Source: a virus (taxonomy: Duplodnaviria; Caudoviricetes). From it: a stretch of DNA of 29,327 nucleotides. The translations under genes were made by a program, and so were the position numbers. The DNA lies in IMG/VR virus record IMGVR_UViG_3300046786_000262, positions 1-29,327 of that record; one strand, written 5' to 3'. Under the pieces are notes generated by a model. It ran no database searches. It was given only the letters and a program-made list of their open reading frames with translations, and was not told the DNA's origin. Below, one piece after another: positions 1-7,058 of the stretch (position 1 is its first letter; every line of letters begins with the position of its first letter).

Positions 1-236
1 GTCAAATACTCCGGATGTGTACTAACAAATGAGCGCAGATATTCTGAGGCATCAAATTTGCAGTATGCTCCTTGCATAGGATAAAGCTCATAGGTACCAA
101 ACAGCGCACCCTCAATGTATAGCTGTACCTTGTAGCTGAAGTTTGGCTGTCCTGTTTGGTCAGATGAGAAGGTCCATAGTATCTCATTGCTTGCTGGTGT
201 GTAAAGCAATGGCTCCTGTAGTATGCTTATTGCCAT
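1..236 (-). CDS. 5' part of the 401-aa tail protein gene (duplicate of 28813-29048, cut by the window edge)
   Basis: ATG at 236 reads MAISILQEPLLYTPASNEIL..., the same as the 27843..29048 N-terminus except S/T at residue 4. Confidence 0.85.
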   Translation of the reverse strand, partial: MAISILQEPLLYTPASNEILWTFSSDQTGQPNFSYKVQLYIEGALFGTYELYPMQGAYCKFDASEYLRSFVSTHPEYL

Positions 237-515
237 TTGTCAGTGTTTTTGGTGAATGATACGTTGAACATCAAACCGGTCACTGCTGCCAAGTCAGATG
301 CTATCTTATTTAGAACATCATCAGTGATGACATTCTCTGTGATTCGTTTCGGCTCAAGTCCGTGCATCTTGATACTCCTAGCTGTGAGATATGCTTGCGA
401 TTTATCTCCTCCCTTCCACTCCTGGATTGCCTTGATCATGTTCTTTCCTGGTGAGGAATACTTGAAGGAATAAATACTCCCTTGCACTCTCGGCCTTTTA
501 TAGTCGTATTCCTTG
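1..515. repeat. Terminal overlap copy A (matches 28813-29327), indicating a circular/complete genome of 28,812 bp
   Basis: Base-by-base comparison: 515 bp with 13 mismatches (104,144,225,226,275,278,296,308,350,374,377,379,388). Confidence 0.97.
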
Positions 516-775
516 ACCTCTGGCGCAGCGTTCACACCTTGATCCTGGTATTTATAGTATTGATCAGCTTGTATCTCAAAGCTGAATGCTCCAGTCGGCA
601 TGTATACCACTGACTGCATCAAGCCACCAGTATTGTGTACCTTCTCTCCGATGTACTGGATGAAATCTTGTGTTACTTTGTTGGCTACCTCCAGGATGAA
701 TTTTTGATATGCGCTCTCCGGCTGACGAAGGTCAGCTTCAGAGAAACCAATATCAAGGAAGTCAAGATCTGCCAT
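227..775 (-). CDS. Putative virion morphogenesis/tail-completion protein (HK97 gp10-like), 182 aa
   Basis: TGGLMQSV, YYKYQDQGV and ARSIKMHGLEP motifs resemble gp10-like neck proteins; located in the structural operon behind a copy of the repeated motif. Confidence 0.55.
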   Translation of the reverse strand: MADLDFLDIGFSEADLRQPESAYQKFILEVANKVTQDFIQYIGEKVHNTGGLMQSVVYMPTGAFSFEIQADQYYKYQDQGVNAAPEVKEYDYKRPRVQGSIYSFKYSSPGKNMIKAIQEWKGGDKSQAYLTARSIKMHGLEPKRITENVITDDVLNKIASDLAAVTGLMFNVSFTKNTDKWQ

Positions 776-1043
776 GCTTTGATAATATGTAATTTTGTTC
801 TGATTTTAGCTTGAAATAGTTCAGCCAGAATAAGGTCTTCACATACGGCTGCCTCGTAATCTCATCCACATCTTTCCCAAGCTCTTTAGCCAGGTGAAGG
901 ATGAGGCCTGTCCAGGTAAACCATTCGCTGTCATTGATGAGATCTGATGAGCTGTGATCTGTCTCATCTTCTGATTCTGTCTCTTCAGCCTCACCATCTG
1001 AATGCCGAGTATAGCGAGCTTCCTCTGTTCGGATTGCTGCAAA
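762..1043 (-). CDS. -1 frame extension of the 839..1570 gene (fused product about 269 aa)
   Basis: Open -1 frame after the T9 run at 1041-1049: FAAIRTEEARYTRHSDGEAEETESEDETDHSSSDLINDSEWFTWTGLILHLAKELGKDVDEITRQPYVKTLFWLNYFKLKSEQNYILSKHGRS*. Its stop overlaps the start of the next gene. Confidence 0.65.
   Translation of the reverse strand, partial: FAAIRTEEARYTRHSDGEAEETESEDETDHSSSDLINDSEWFTWTGLILHLAKELGKDVDEITRQPYVKTLFWLNYFKLKSEQNYILSKHGRS
782..801 (-). promoter_or_regulatory. Repeated late-promoter-like motif AGAACAAAATTACATATTAT (copy 1)
   Basis: Ends 6 nt before the ATG at 775; one of 5 copies. Confidence 0.7.
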
Positions 1044-1570
1044 AAAAAACCGAAAAAATCCAGGAATTCATCAGCTGGAAAGCTTCGCTTGAATATCTCC
1101 TTCCTCTTGGCCGATGGATTCAGCACCTTCCCTCTCGCATCTTCCTGGCAGTATTCCATTCCCTCCTCGATATAACAGATGGCGAGCGCTGCACATGGAT
1201 CTGCCTCCACTGATTCGATGAGCTTCATGTCGATGATCTGTCCAGTTGAGATCACAGCGAAATCCGGATTGAAGATGTATGTCACTCCCTCGATGGTCAC
1301 TCTTCCAGATGGGAGATCTTTGTGCTGGTATGTGGTGAGAATGTTGATGATGTGACTGAAGCAATTGATGACATCATCCACATGCGCCTTCCTCACCTGG
1401 CTAACTGATAGGCCACTGAAGATGCTGATCACCTGGCATTGAAAATCGAGTGATGCCGAGAGATCCTCCTTCGCATCTTGGAATACCGGAGCAATCAGAA
1501 GCCACTTGGTCATCATCTCTGGAGTGCAATCCTGGAGTGTAGCTGGTAGTGTTATTTCAATCTGTCTCAT
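839..1570 (-). CDS. Putative tail assembly chaperone-like protein, 243 aa in the zero frame
   Basis: ATGA-coupled to terL; contains the slippery GGT TTT TTT TTG site with a long open -1 frame. The function is inferred from the frameshift and context. Confidence 0.55.
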   Translation of the reverse strand: MRQIEITLPATLQDCTPEMMTKWLLIAPVFQDAKEDLSASLDFQCQVISIFSGLSVSQVRKAHVDDVINCFSHIINILTTYQHKDLPSGRVTIEGVTYIFNPDFAVISTGQIIDMKLIESVEADPCAALAICYIEEGMEYCQEDARGKVLNPSAKRKEIFKRSFPADEFLDFFGFFLQQSEQRKLAILGIQMVRLKRQNQKMRQITAHQISSMTANGLPGQASSFTWLKSLGKMWMRLRGSRM

Positions 1571-2769
1571 GCTCTTAATATCTTATATTTTCCTTTCATT
1601 CGATAGTGCTTCAGTGCATGTAGCGCCAGAGCTGTGCTCATCACCCCATCATCATGCATACCAGATGGAGCACTATATTGCACTTTTCGTGTGTTGATAT
1701 TGTAAATGTAAGTAAAATTCTCAAGCTCATCAATCAGCCACTGGTCCGATGTGACCTTGATATCCCCTTGCTCGAAAGCCAGTGCGAGATCCTCGATGAT
1801 CATCGGCTTGCTCTTCGATGTGGTGACGAATGGATTCACCAGGTTTCTGCATTTCGTTTGCAGCATCTCAAAGAATACATCTCCCTGGTTATTCACCTCC
1901 ACGACAGTGACAGCACTAAAGCTCTTGATGATGTCGGCCACTTTGTCGATGATGTTGCTCCACTGATCATGGCGCCATCTATTCACCTGGATCATCTCTC
2001 CATCCTCATTTAAGATTGTGAGCACAGTGTAGTCATCAGCTCTCCCAATGTCGAGGCCAGCGTATGCTTTCCCCTTGCGTTCCCAGGTACCGGATGAGGA
2101 TCTCACATTCTTGAATAGGCCACTGCTATTGTCGATAAATTCTGCCATGTATTCCTGGCGAAAGATGTGATCTGGCATGGAGCGCTTCCTCTCTTCCAGG
2201 TCAGCTGGATGAATCATCGGATTGTCATAGCTGGTGAAATGAAAGTACCGATATCGGCTGTCATAGTTTGGCTGCATGCATATTCTGTGAAAATGATTCT
2301 TTCCTTTCGGAGTGCTGATGAATATCACCTTTTTACCCTTGACCAGCACAGTCGCTGAAAGCACCTCATCCCAGAGCTCTGGCCTGGTGAAAGCCATCTC
2401 ATCGATGATCAGGTAGTCGAATGTATTCCCTCGAATATTATCCGGGCGCTCTCCAGAAAAGAATGTGATTGTGGATCCGAAGCCAGTGATGATCAGATCC
2501 GATTTATTGAAGTCGAAGAGGCCGCTGGAAGCTGTGGCTCTCTCCATCTCGCTGAATACTTTTTTCCCTTGTTTATACACTGGTGTGATCCAGGCAATAT
2601 TGCATCCTTTGTCATTGATGGCCCAGTACAGCATCTGATTGATGCCCAGCATGGTCTTACCGAATTGTCTCCCAATGTTCAGAGCGATGTATTTCTCTGA
2701 TCCATTGTTGATGGCATCGTGAATCAGTCGCTGATTATTGTGAGGCTTGTATCCTTTGATTGTGCTCAT
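1567..2769 (-). CDS. terL: Terminase large subunit (likely start MSTIKG at 2769, 400 aa)
   Basis: Walker A GRQFGKT, Walker B LIIDE, coupling motif ISTPKG, RNase H-like nuclease motifs GLDIGRADDYT and HDDGVMS. Confidence 0.95.
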   Translation of the reverse strand: MSTIKGYKPHNNQRLIHDAINNGSEKYIALNIGRQFGKTMLGINQMLYWAINDKGCNIAWITPVYKQGKKVFSEMERATASSGLFDFNKSDLIITGFGSTITFFSGERPDNIRGNTFDYLIIDEMAFTRPELWDEVLSATVLVKGKKVIFISTPKGKNHFHRICMQPNYDSRYRYFHFTSYDNPMIHPADLEERKRSMPDHIFRQEYMAEFIDNSSGLFKNVRSSSGTWERKGKAYAGLDIGRADDYTVLTILNEDGEMIQVNRWRHDQWSNIIDKVADIIKSFSAVTVVEVNNQGDVFFEMLQTKCRNLVNPFVTTSKSKPMIIEDLALAFEQGDIKVTSDQWLIDELENFTYIYNINTRKVQYSAPSGMHDDGVMSTALALHALKHYRMKGKYKILRA

Positions 2770-2773
2770 ATAG

Positions 2774-2781
2774 CAAAGATA
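2774..2781 (-). promoter_or_regulatory. Bacteroidota sigma70 -7 box TATCTTTG, 4 nt upstream of the terL ATG
   Basis: Matches the TAnnTTTG consensus. Confidence 0.5.
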
Positions 2782-2816
2782 AAAAAAAGCTGTGCATCGC
2801 AGTTGATACACAGCTT
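2781..2816 (-). terminator. Intrinsic terminator between terS and terL
   Basis: Stem AAGCTGTGTATC/GATGCACAGCTT (12 bp, one G-U) with a 6-nt loop, running into a T8 tract. Confidence 0.75.
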
Positions 2817-2894
2817 GTAGCACATACACTTATGACATGACGATAGTCCCCTATGCCAGTGATGAGATGTGCATGTGTGTTGCAGCACTCAATT

Positions 2895-3293
2895 TTATTC
2901 GAAGTCAAATCGCTCAACTTGCTTGGTCTCCACTTGCTGGCGATCATGCATGCCCAGTCGATTCTTTGCGTAAAAAATTCCCTTCCCCTCGTTGGCCACT
3001 ATATCCTGGGCCAGTGCTTTGAAAATGTCATCGATGTGCTTAATCACTCTCTGCTTCTCTGTATTCTCCCAGTTAAGCCATCGATAGTATGTTGGTCTTT
3101 TTATAGTGTCTTTTTTCGAGTAGTTTCTCGGAATCCAGATCCTCAAGAAAAAATCAATCGTTGGTATATGACGATTCATTTTCTCCACGATGCGGCCTTG
3201 AGATACCTCCTGGACAGTATGCGCCAGGCATTCATCAATATATGCCTCTGCGAGCTGATATAAACGAAATAGGAATACTTTATCTTTGGCCAT
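2895..3293 (-). CDS. terS: Terminase small subunit / DNA packaging protein, 132 aa
   Basis: Directly upstream of terL; HTH-like RPTYYRWL and a GIFYAKNRLGMHDRQQVE C-terminus typical of small terminases. Confidence 0.75.
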   Translation of the reverse strand: MAKDKVFLFRLYQLAEAYIDECLAHTVQEVSQGRIVEKMNRHIPTIDFFLRIWIPRNYSKKDTIKRPTYYRWLNWENTEKQRVIKHIDDIFKALAQDIVANEGKGIFYAKNRLGMHDRQQVETKQVERFDFE

Positions 3294-3298
3294 AACTA

Positions 3299-3318
3299 TA
3301 TATATGTTTTTTTGTTCT
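3299..3318 (-). promoter_or_regulatory. Repeated late-promoter-like motif AGAACAAAAAAACATATATA (copy 2)
   Basis: Ends 5 nt before the terS ATG; the 17-bp core is shared with the other copies. Confidence 0.65.
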
Positions 3319-3709
3319 ATTTAGAGAGATGTATCAATTCGTATATCTTCTCTCTCTTAATATTCCCCTTCACTCCGGCATATTCCTTTAGCTCTTTGTA
3401 GCTCATCTTATCCAGGCGCTCCTTCAGCGATTGAGCTTCTCTCCTGGTATCTGTGACTGTATCTTTGTCATCATTAGCCTCCTCATGTCTGATGCCGATG
3501 AATCTCTCAATGCGCACCTCATTCTGAATGAAGTTGATGACATCTTGCATAGCATTACGGATGCATGTGCCACAGCTCTTGTTTAGTCGGATTCCTTTAA
3601 TCTGGAATAGATGGCCAGCGAGCTCATTTTTCAGCTCACTATTCAGAGAGCATGATCTTGTGCGCTGGAATCTGTTCACTTGCGCCTGGAGTTCTTTTGA
3701 TAGTATCAT
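3317..3709 (-). CDS. Hypothetical protein with CxxC and a C-terminal Rho-N/HeH-like helical motif, 130 aa
   Basis: CGTC; LDKMSYKELKEYAGVKGNIKREKIYELI. Confidence 0.6.
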   Translation of the reverse strand: MILSKELQAQVNRFQRTRSCSLNSELKNELAGHLFQIKGIRLNKSCGTCIRNAMQDVINFIQNEVRIERFIGIRHEEANDDKDTVTDTRREAQSLKERLDKMSYKELKEYAGVKGNIKREKIYELIHLSK

Positions 3710-3912
3710 GATTTGAGTATTTTTTTAAGTTGTGTTTCAAGGTTTGTGCCTCTGATTTTCTTTCGGAGAGCTCGTGATTTATACAGCTCATTGATCAGTA
3801 TCGCTCCGATTGTAGCCAGGTGAAGCTCATCAGCTGATGCATCCACTGGAGTGCTTGTTGCTTTTGGCTTTCGTTTGAATAGCCAGTTCCAGATTCGTTT
3901 AATGAGCTTCAT
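3706..3912 (-). CDS. Hypothetical basic protein, 68 aa
   Basis: Tiles between its neighbours with overlapping start/stop codons. Confidence 0.55.
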   Translation of the reverse strand: MKLIKRIWNWLFKRKPKATSTPVDASADELHLATIGAILINELYKSRALRKKIRGTNLETQLKKILKS

Positions 3913-4117
3913 ACATCAGAATTAAGTCAGAGATGAGATAAGTGATGAATGCCAGCATCACCATGTACGGATCCACAGCGAGATATCCCACTACAGCAAT
4001 CCAGAATGAGAGACAGCTCTGGCAGTTAAACGGTTTCCAATCTGGGAGATTGAATGTCATCAGTGCTCTCGCCACTCCGATGGAGCACAGTGTGATTGTA
4101 ATAATTATAGAGATCAT
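3899..4117 (-). CDS. Small membrane protein with a CxxC motif (DUF1360-like), 72 aa
   Basis: Hydrophobic segments flanking KPFNCQSCLSFW. Confidence 0.6.
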   Translation of the reverse strand: MISIIITITLCSIGVARALMTFNLPDWKPFNCQSCLSFWIAVVGYLAVDPYMVMLAFITYLISDLILMYEAH

Positions 4118-4553
4118 GCTTGAATTGTTTTATTGCTTGGTGAATAATTTGAAGAGATAGATCTGTCTCGTTTCGTATGTCTCGATAGGTCATGCCATAC
4201 ATGTGCATCTTTGCGATCTCTTTACAGAACATGTCGCTGTCATCAACTGGAGCTGCCTCCAGGAATTGAATGAGCATGTCCTGGTATTCGCTGAAATCCT
4301 CCTCATCTGTTTTGCCAGTGAATGAATCTGGGAGCTCCACATTTGTGATGCCTCTCTGATATTGGCGATTGAATTGAGATTGCTTCCAGTTCCATTGATT
4401 GTATGCGAATTTTGCGAATGTCCTTGGGAGCTCTTCCTCCGAAATATTGAGATGGTGCAAAATGAGAAACACATGACTAACCAGATCAGATGACAGCTCA
4501 TTATTGGCTGTTATCTTCTTGCTGATGTCATATGCTTCTCTTGACCAAAACAT
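4026..4553 (-). CDS. Sigma70/ECF-like transcription factor, 175 aa
   Basis: Region-2-like AYDISKKITANNELSSDLVSHVFLIL and region-4 HTH GMTYRDIRNETDLSLQIIHQAIKQFK; sits at the early/late boundary. Confidence 0.65.
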   Translation of the reverse strand: MFWSREAYDISKKITANNELSSDLVSHVFLILHHLNISEEELPRTFAKFAYNQWNWKQSQFNRQYQRGITNVELPDSFTGKTDEEDFSEYQDMLIQFLEAAPVDDSDMFCKEIAKMHMYGMTYRDIRNETDLSLQIIHQAIKQFKHDLYNYYNHTVLHRSGESTDDIQSPRLETV

Positions 4554-4570
4554 ATACTAATGTACGAAAT
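4554..4570 (-). promoter_or_regulatory. 17-bp element ATTTCGTACATTAGTAT (TAnnTTAG -7-like box) abutting the sigma-like gene ATG; identical copy at 11843-11859
   Basis: Exact repeat seen in the sequence. Confidence 0.55.
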
Positions 4571-4757
4571 AATCGAATAGATCGTTAATAAACTGCTGAT
4601 TGACCTGGTGCCCATTGGTGAATCTCCAGAGCTGATTGTATTTCAGCTTTGCATCTTCAGCCAGGTGAATCAAGCGATACCTCCCCTGGCATCGCTCGAT
4701 CACTTGACGAAGCAAGTAGTCAGTCAGTTGCTCCCCTTCAGAAAGGAAGATCGTCAT
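4557..4757 (-). CDS. Small XRE-like HTH protein (probable start near 4757)
   Basis: RLIHLAEDAKLKYNQLWRFTNG HTH-like pattern; the longer predicted start overlaps the upstream gene extensively. Confidence 0.55.
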   Translation of the reverse strand: MTIFLSEGEQLTDYLLRQVIERCQGRYRLIHLAEDAKLKYNQLWRFTNGHQVNQQFINDLFDYFVH

Positions 4758-5004
4758 CTGCTTCTGTTGCATCTTGTATCTTCTTTGATGTTGATATCGG
4801 AGCTTGTGCTGGATCTTGAGGCTTGACATATGGATCTTGCACTGGCCCACTCATGTACTTGACTCCAGATGCTGATTCTCTGATCCAGAGAGATGCTTCC
4901 TTCATTTTGCCATCCATCATGATCTTCATCTTGTAATCTGGCTGATTCTCTGCTGTTTTTCTGTCATTCTTAAAGATGACCACTGTGTTGTCTTTTTGTT
5001 CCAT
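4738..5004 (-). CDS. Small SSB-like protein, 88 aa
   Basis: FKNDRK..NQPDY N-terminus and acidic DDDLPF C-terminal tail; next to ERF and the exonuclease. Confidence 0.7.
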   Translation of the reverse strand: MEQKDNTVVIFKNDRKTAENQPDYKMKIMMDGKMKEASLWIRESASGVKYMSGPVQDPYVKPQDPAQAPISTSKKIQDATEADDDLPF

Positions 5005-5624
5005 TATTTCTGTTTTAATTGTTGCATGTAATTATCATAATATTCAGAGCATATTCTCAAGCGCTCCATGATCTCGGCTTCCAGGAGAATGTCTCTCTCA
5101 TATTGGATCGCAGTGATTCGTTTATCAGCTGGTATGTGATCGACCTGGTGAAGCTCATGATTCTCATATGCGCTCAAGAGATCCGGATCTGTTGTCACCA
5201 TGCAATGAATCACCTCTGCCATGTTGCGATCATATAGCATCATGTAGGCTCTCATTTGCCATTCGTAATCTGAATTCTCTGCTTTCTTTGGAAGCTCTGG
5301 CCATGTTTCCAATGACCAGGATGTCTTGCAGTCGATGATGCGATCATCAGCCAGGATGTCACATTCTCCAGTGAGATATTCATTGCTCACTCGGCCCATG
5401 TGCTTGACATAGGATTCCTGGCGCACTATGTTGATCAGATCGATTGAATCTTGCTCTTGTTGCTGACCTTTATCGATGTACTTTGAGCTGATCTGGCTCT
5501 TGTATTGAAAGAATTCCTCCTTCGCCAGTTGCTCGATGTGGCTCTTCGCTGTCTGCGATAGTGTTTCTGATTTGGATCTTGCTGATGTCATCAGCTTCCC
5601 CAGGGATGATGCTCTAAATTTCAT
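5004..5624 (-). CDS. YqaJ / lambda-exonuclease-family nuclease, 206 aa
   Basis: FRASSLGKLM, G...E, TGECD, IIDCKTSW and YEWQMRAYM motifs. Confidence 0.85.
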   Translation of the reverse strand: MKFRASSLGKLMTSARSKSETLSQTAKSHIEQLAKEEFFQYKSQISSKYIDKGQQQEQDSIDLINIVRQESYVKHMGRVSNEYLTGECDILADDRIIDCKTSWSLETWPELPKKAENSDYEWQMRAYMMLYDRNMAEVIHCMVTTDPDLLSAYENHELHQVDHIPADKRITAIQYERDILLEAEIMERLRICSEYYDNYMQQLKQK

Positions 5625-5633
5625 GTTTAAGTA

Positions 5634-5783
5634 TTAAATAGTTGTGTAAATTGATAAACCGATGGCGATGATTGCCAGTGCCAGGATGCCATACCATCCG
5701 AAAAAATAGTATGTCAATCCCCAGATGGATGCCAGGGTGATGATCGTCATGGCGATGAGTGCGAATTCAGTGAATTTTCTCAT
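5634..5783 (-). CDS. Small two-TM membrane protein, 49 aa (not in the ORF track)
   Basis: MRKFTEFALIAMTIITLASIWGLTYYFFGWYGILALAIIAIGLSIYTTI*; ATGA overlap with the ERF stop; fills the gap. Confidence 0.65.
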   Translation of the reverse strand: MRKFTEFALIAMTIITLASIWGLTYYFFGWYGILALAIIAIGLSIYTTI

Positions 5784-6325
5784 GACTGCTGTACTTTAAG
5801 AATCTGATCCTCTGTTAACGCATATGTGCTGATGAATTTTTCAGCGCTCCACTTGTTGGTGCCAGCTTTTAGTGATGTCATAAACTTATCAACAAGCTCA
5901 TCTGTGGCTGTTGGTTTCGCTTTCGGCTTGCTTGCCAGCTCTGCATCATCGTCTGTGGTTTGGAGACAGCACAGTGATGTCAATGAATACCTACGATAGT
6001 AGCTCACACATGATCCCATCTGCTGTGGTGTTGTTGCTTCTGGAAGCACCATGCTCGATGAGATTGATGTATCTGTCTCTGGATCATAAATCAAGGTGAT
6101 GACCTTCCCATCTTCAATCGGCTGCATCAAAAGCAAGCCATGTGCCAGGAGAATCGGCTCGACTGTCTCCAGGATTGCATTCAGATCAGCATAGGATCTC
6201 TTGAAATGAGGATTTGTGGCATTTTTGTATACCTTCCCGATCTCTTTTTTTGCATGCCACATCTTGACATACACATTCCCCGAAGGGATTTGGACATCAC
6301 TGCCCTCTGTTACTTGTTTTTTCAT
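5780..6325 (-). CDS. ERF-family single-strand annealing protein, 181 aa
   Basis: NPHFKRSYADL, HGLLLMQ and GSCVSYYRRYSL...DDDA ERF signature. Confidence 0.9.
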   Translation of the reverse strand: MKKQVTEGSDVQIPSGNVYVKMWHAKKEIGKVYKNATNPHFKRSYADLNAILETVEPILLAHGLLLMQPIEDGKVITLIYDPETDTSISSSMVLPEATTPQQMGSCVSYYRRYSLTSLCCLQTTDDDAELASKPKAKPTATDELVDKFMTSLKAGTNKWSAEKFISTYALTEDQILKVQQS

Positions 6326-6346
6326 AGTTAAAAATTAAAGTTTTCA

Positions 6347-6354
6347 CAAATATA
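6347..6354 (-). promoter_or_regulatory. Bacteroidota -7 box TATATTTG upstream of the ERF operon
   Basis: TAnnTTTG in an AT-rich intergenic gap. Confidence 0.6.
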
Positions 6355-6361
6355 AAAATAA

Positions 6362-6826
6362 TTAAGCGAAATTATCCCACCAGGCAATAAATTCATCAAA
6401 ATTCCTTACGATTAAGTAAATTCCTCCAGCTCTTTCGATGTCTTCCTGGTACCTTTTCTGTGCATCTGACTGTATATCCTTGCCATACTTGATCTCGATC
6501 TTGACAGATCTCCCATGTATTGTGGCCGAGATATCTGCTGATCCAGCTGTGCTTGTTGATTTTGTCCACTTACCTTTACCCACAGTGCGAGAGATGCCAT
6601 CGAGATCCTTCACTTTGGCAGCTTCACGATATACTCCCATGGTATTGATTCGCTCTGCCTGGTATCCATTCATGTTGATCCAGGCTGCCACACATTTAGT
6701 GAGGCCATTCGCTGATGAATCACTCCACTTGCTCATCGCCAGAGCATGATCTGGTACAGATGGATATTTCTCCTTGAGATGTGCTCTCTCCAGCGCTGTG
6801 ATGCGCTCCTTGTTTGTCTTATTCAT
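6362..6826 (-). CDS. VRR-NUC / PD-(D/E)xK nuclease (resolvase-like), 154 aa
   Basis: GSADI...KIEIK..KDIQSDAQKRYQEDIERAGGIYLIVRNFDEF. Confidence 0.85.
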   Translation of the reverse strand: MNKTNKERITALERAHLKEKYPSVPDHALAMSKWSDSSANGLTKCVAAWINMNGYQAERINTMGVYREAAKVKDLDGISRTVGKGKWTKSTSTAGSADISATIHGRSVKIEIKYGKDIQSDAQKRYQEDIERAGGIYLIVRNFDEFIAWWDNFA

Positions 6827-6827
6827 A

Positions 6828-7058
6828 TCATTCCCAGATTTGATCCATAGTTAAATGATGGCTTTGAATTATGCTGTGCAGCTCATGTCTGATCTGAAGC
6901 ACTCTCTCCGATGTCTCATCTGACATCTCCTCATGTTTTAACTGCGAGCGAAGATATTGATCTATCTCCCAGATCACAGCTTTGTAAGCATTTCCATTGA
7001 TGGCATCCTTGAATTCAGATTCCTCATCTGGAAGGTTAAATGTGATTTTTGCTTTCAT
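6828..7058 (-). CDS. Hypothetical phage protein, 76 aa
   Basis: ATGA-coupled to the primase gene; MKAKITFNLPDE start. Confidence 0.7.
   Translation of the reverse strand: MKAKITFNLPDEESEFKDAINGNAYKAVIWEIDQYLRSQLKHEEMSDETSERVLQIRHELHSIIQSHHLTMDQIWE

Noticed and set aside
1-515. Terminal repeat pair as DGR TR/VR or as a physical direct terminal repeat
   Set aside because: Mismatches are mostly synonymous and not adenine-specific, and the ends cut through genes. This fits an assembly overlap of strain variants.
2770-2829. N-terminal extension of TerL given in the ORF track
   Set aside because: It runs through the terminator hairpin and T-tract; the ATG at 2769 is more plausible.
2820-2880. 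Hammerhead or other known ribozyme, or tRNA, in the terS-terL spacer
   Set aside because: No CUGANGA/GAAA core or cloverleaf with a T-loop is recognisable; kept only as an unassigned structured element.
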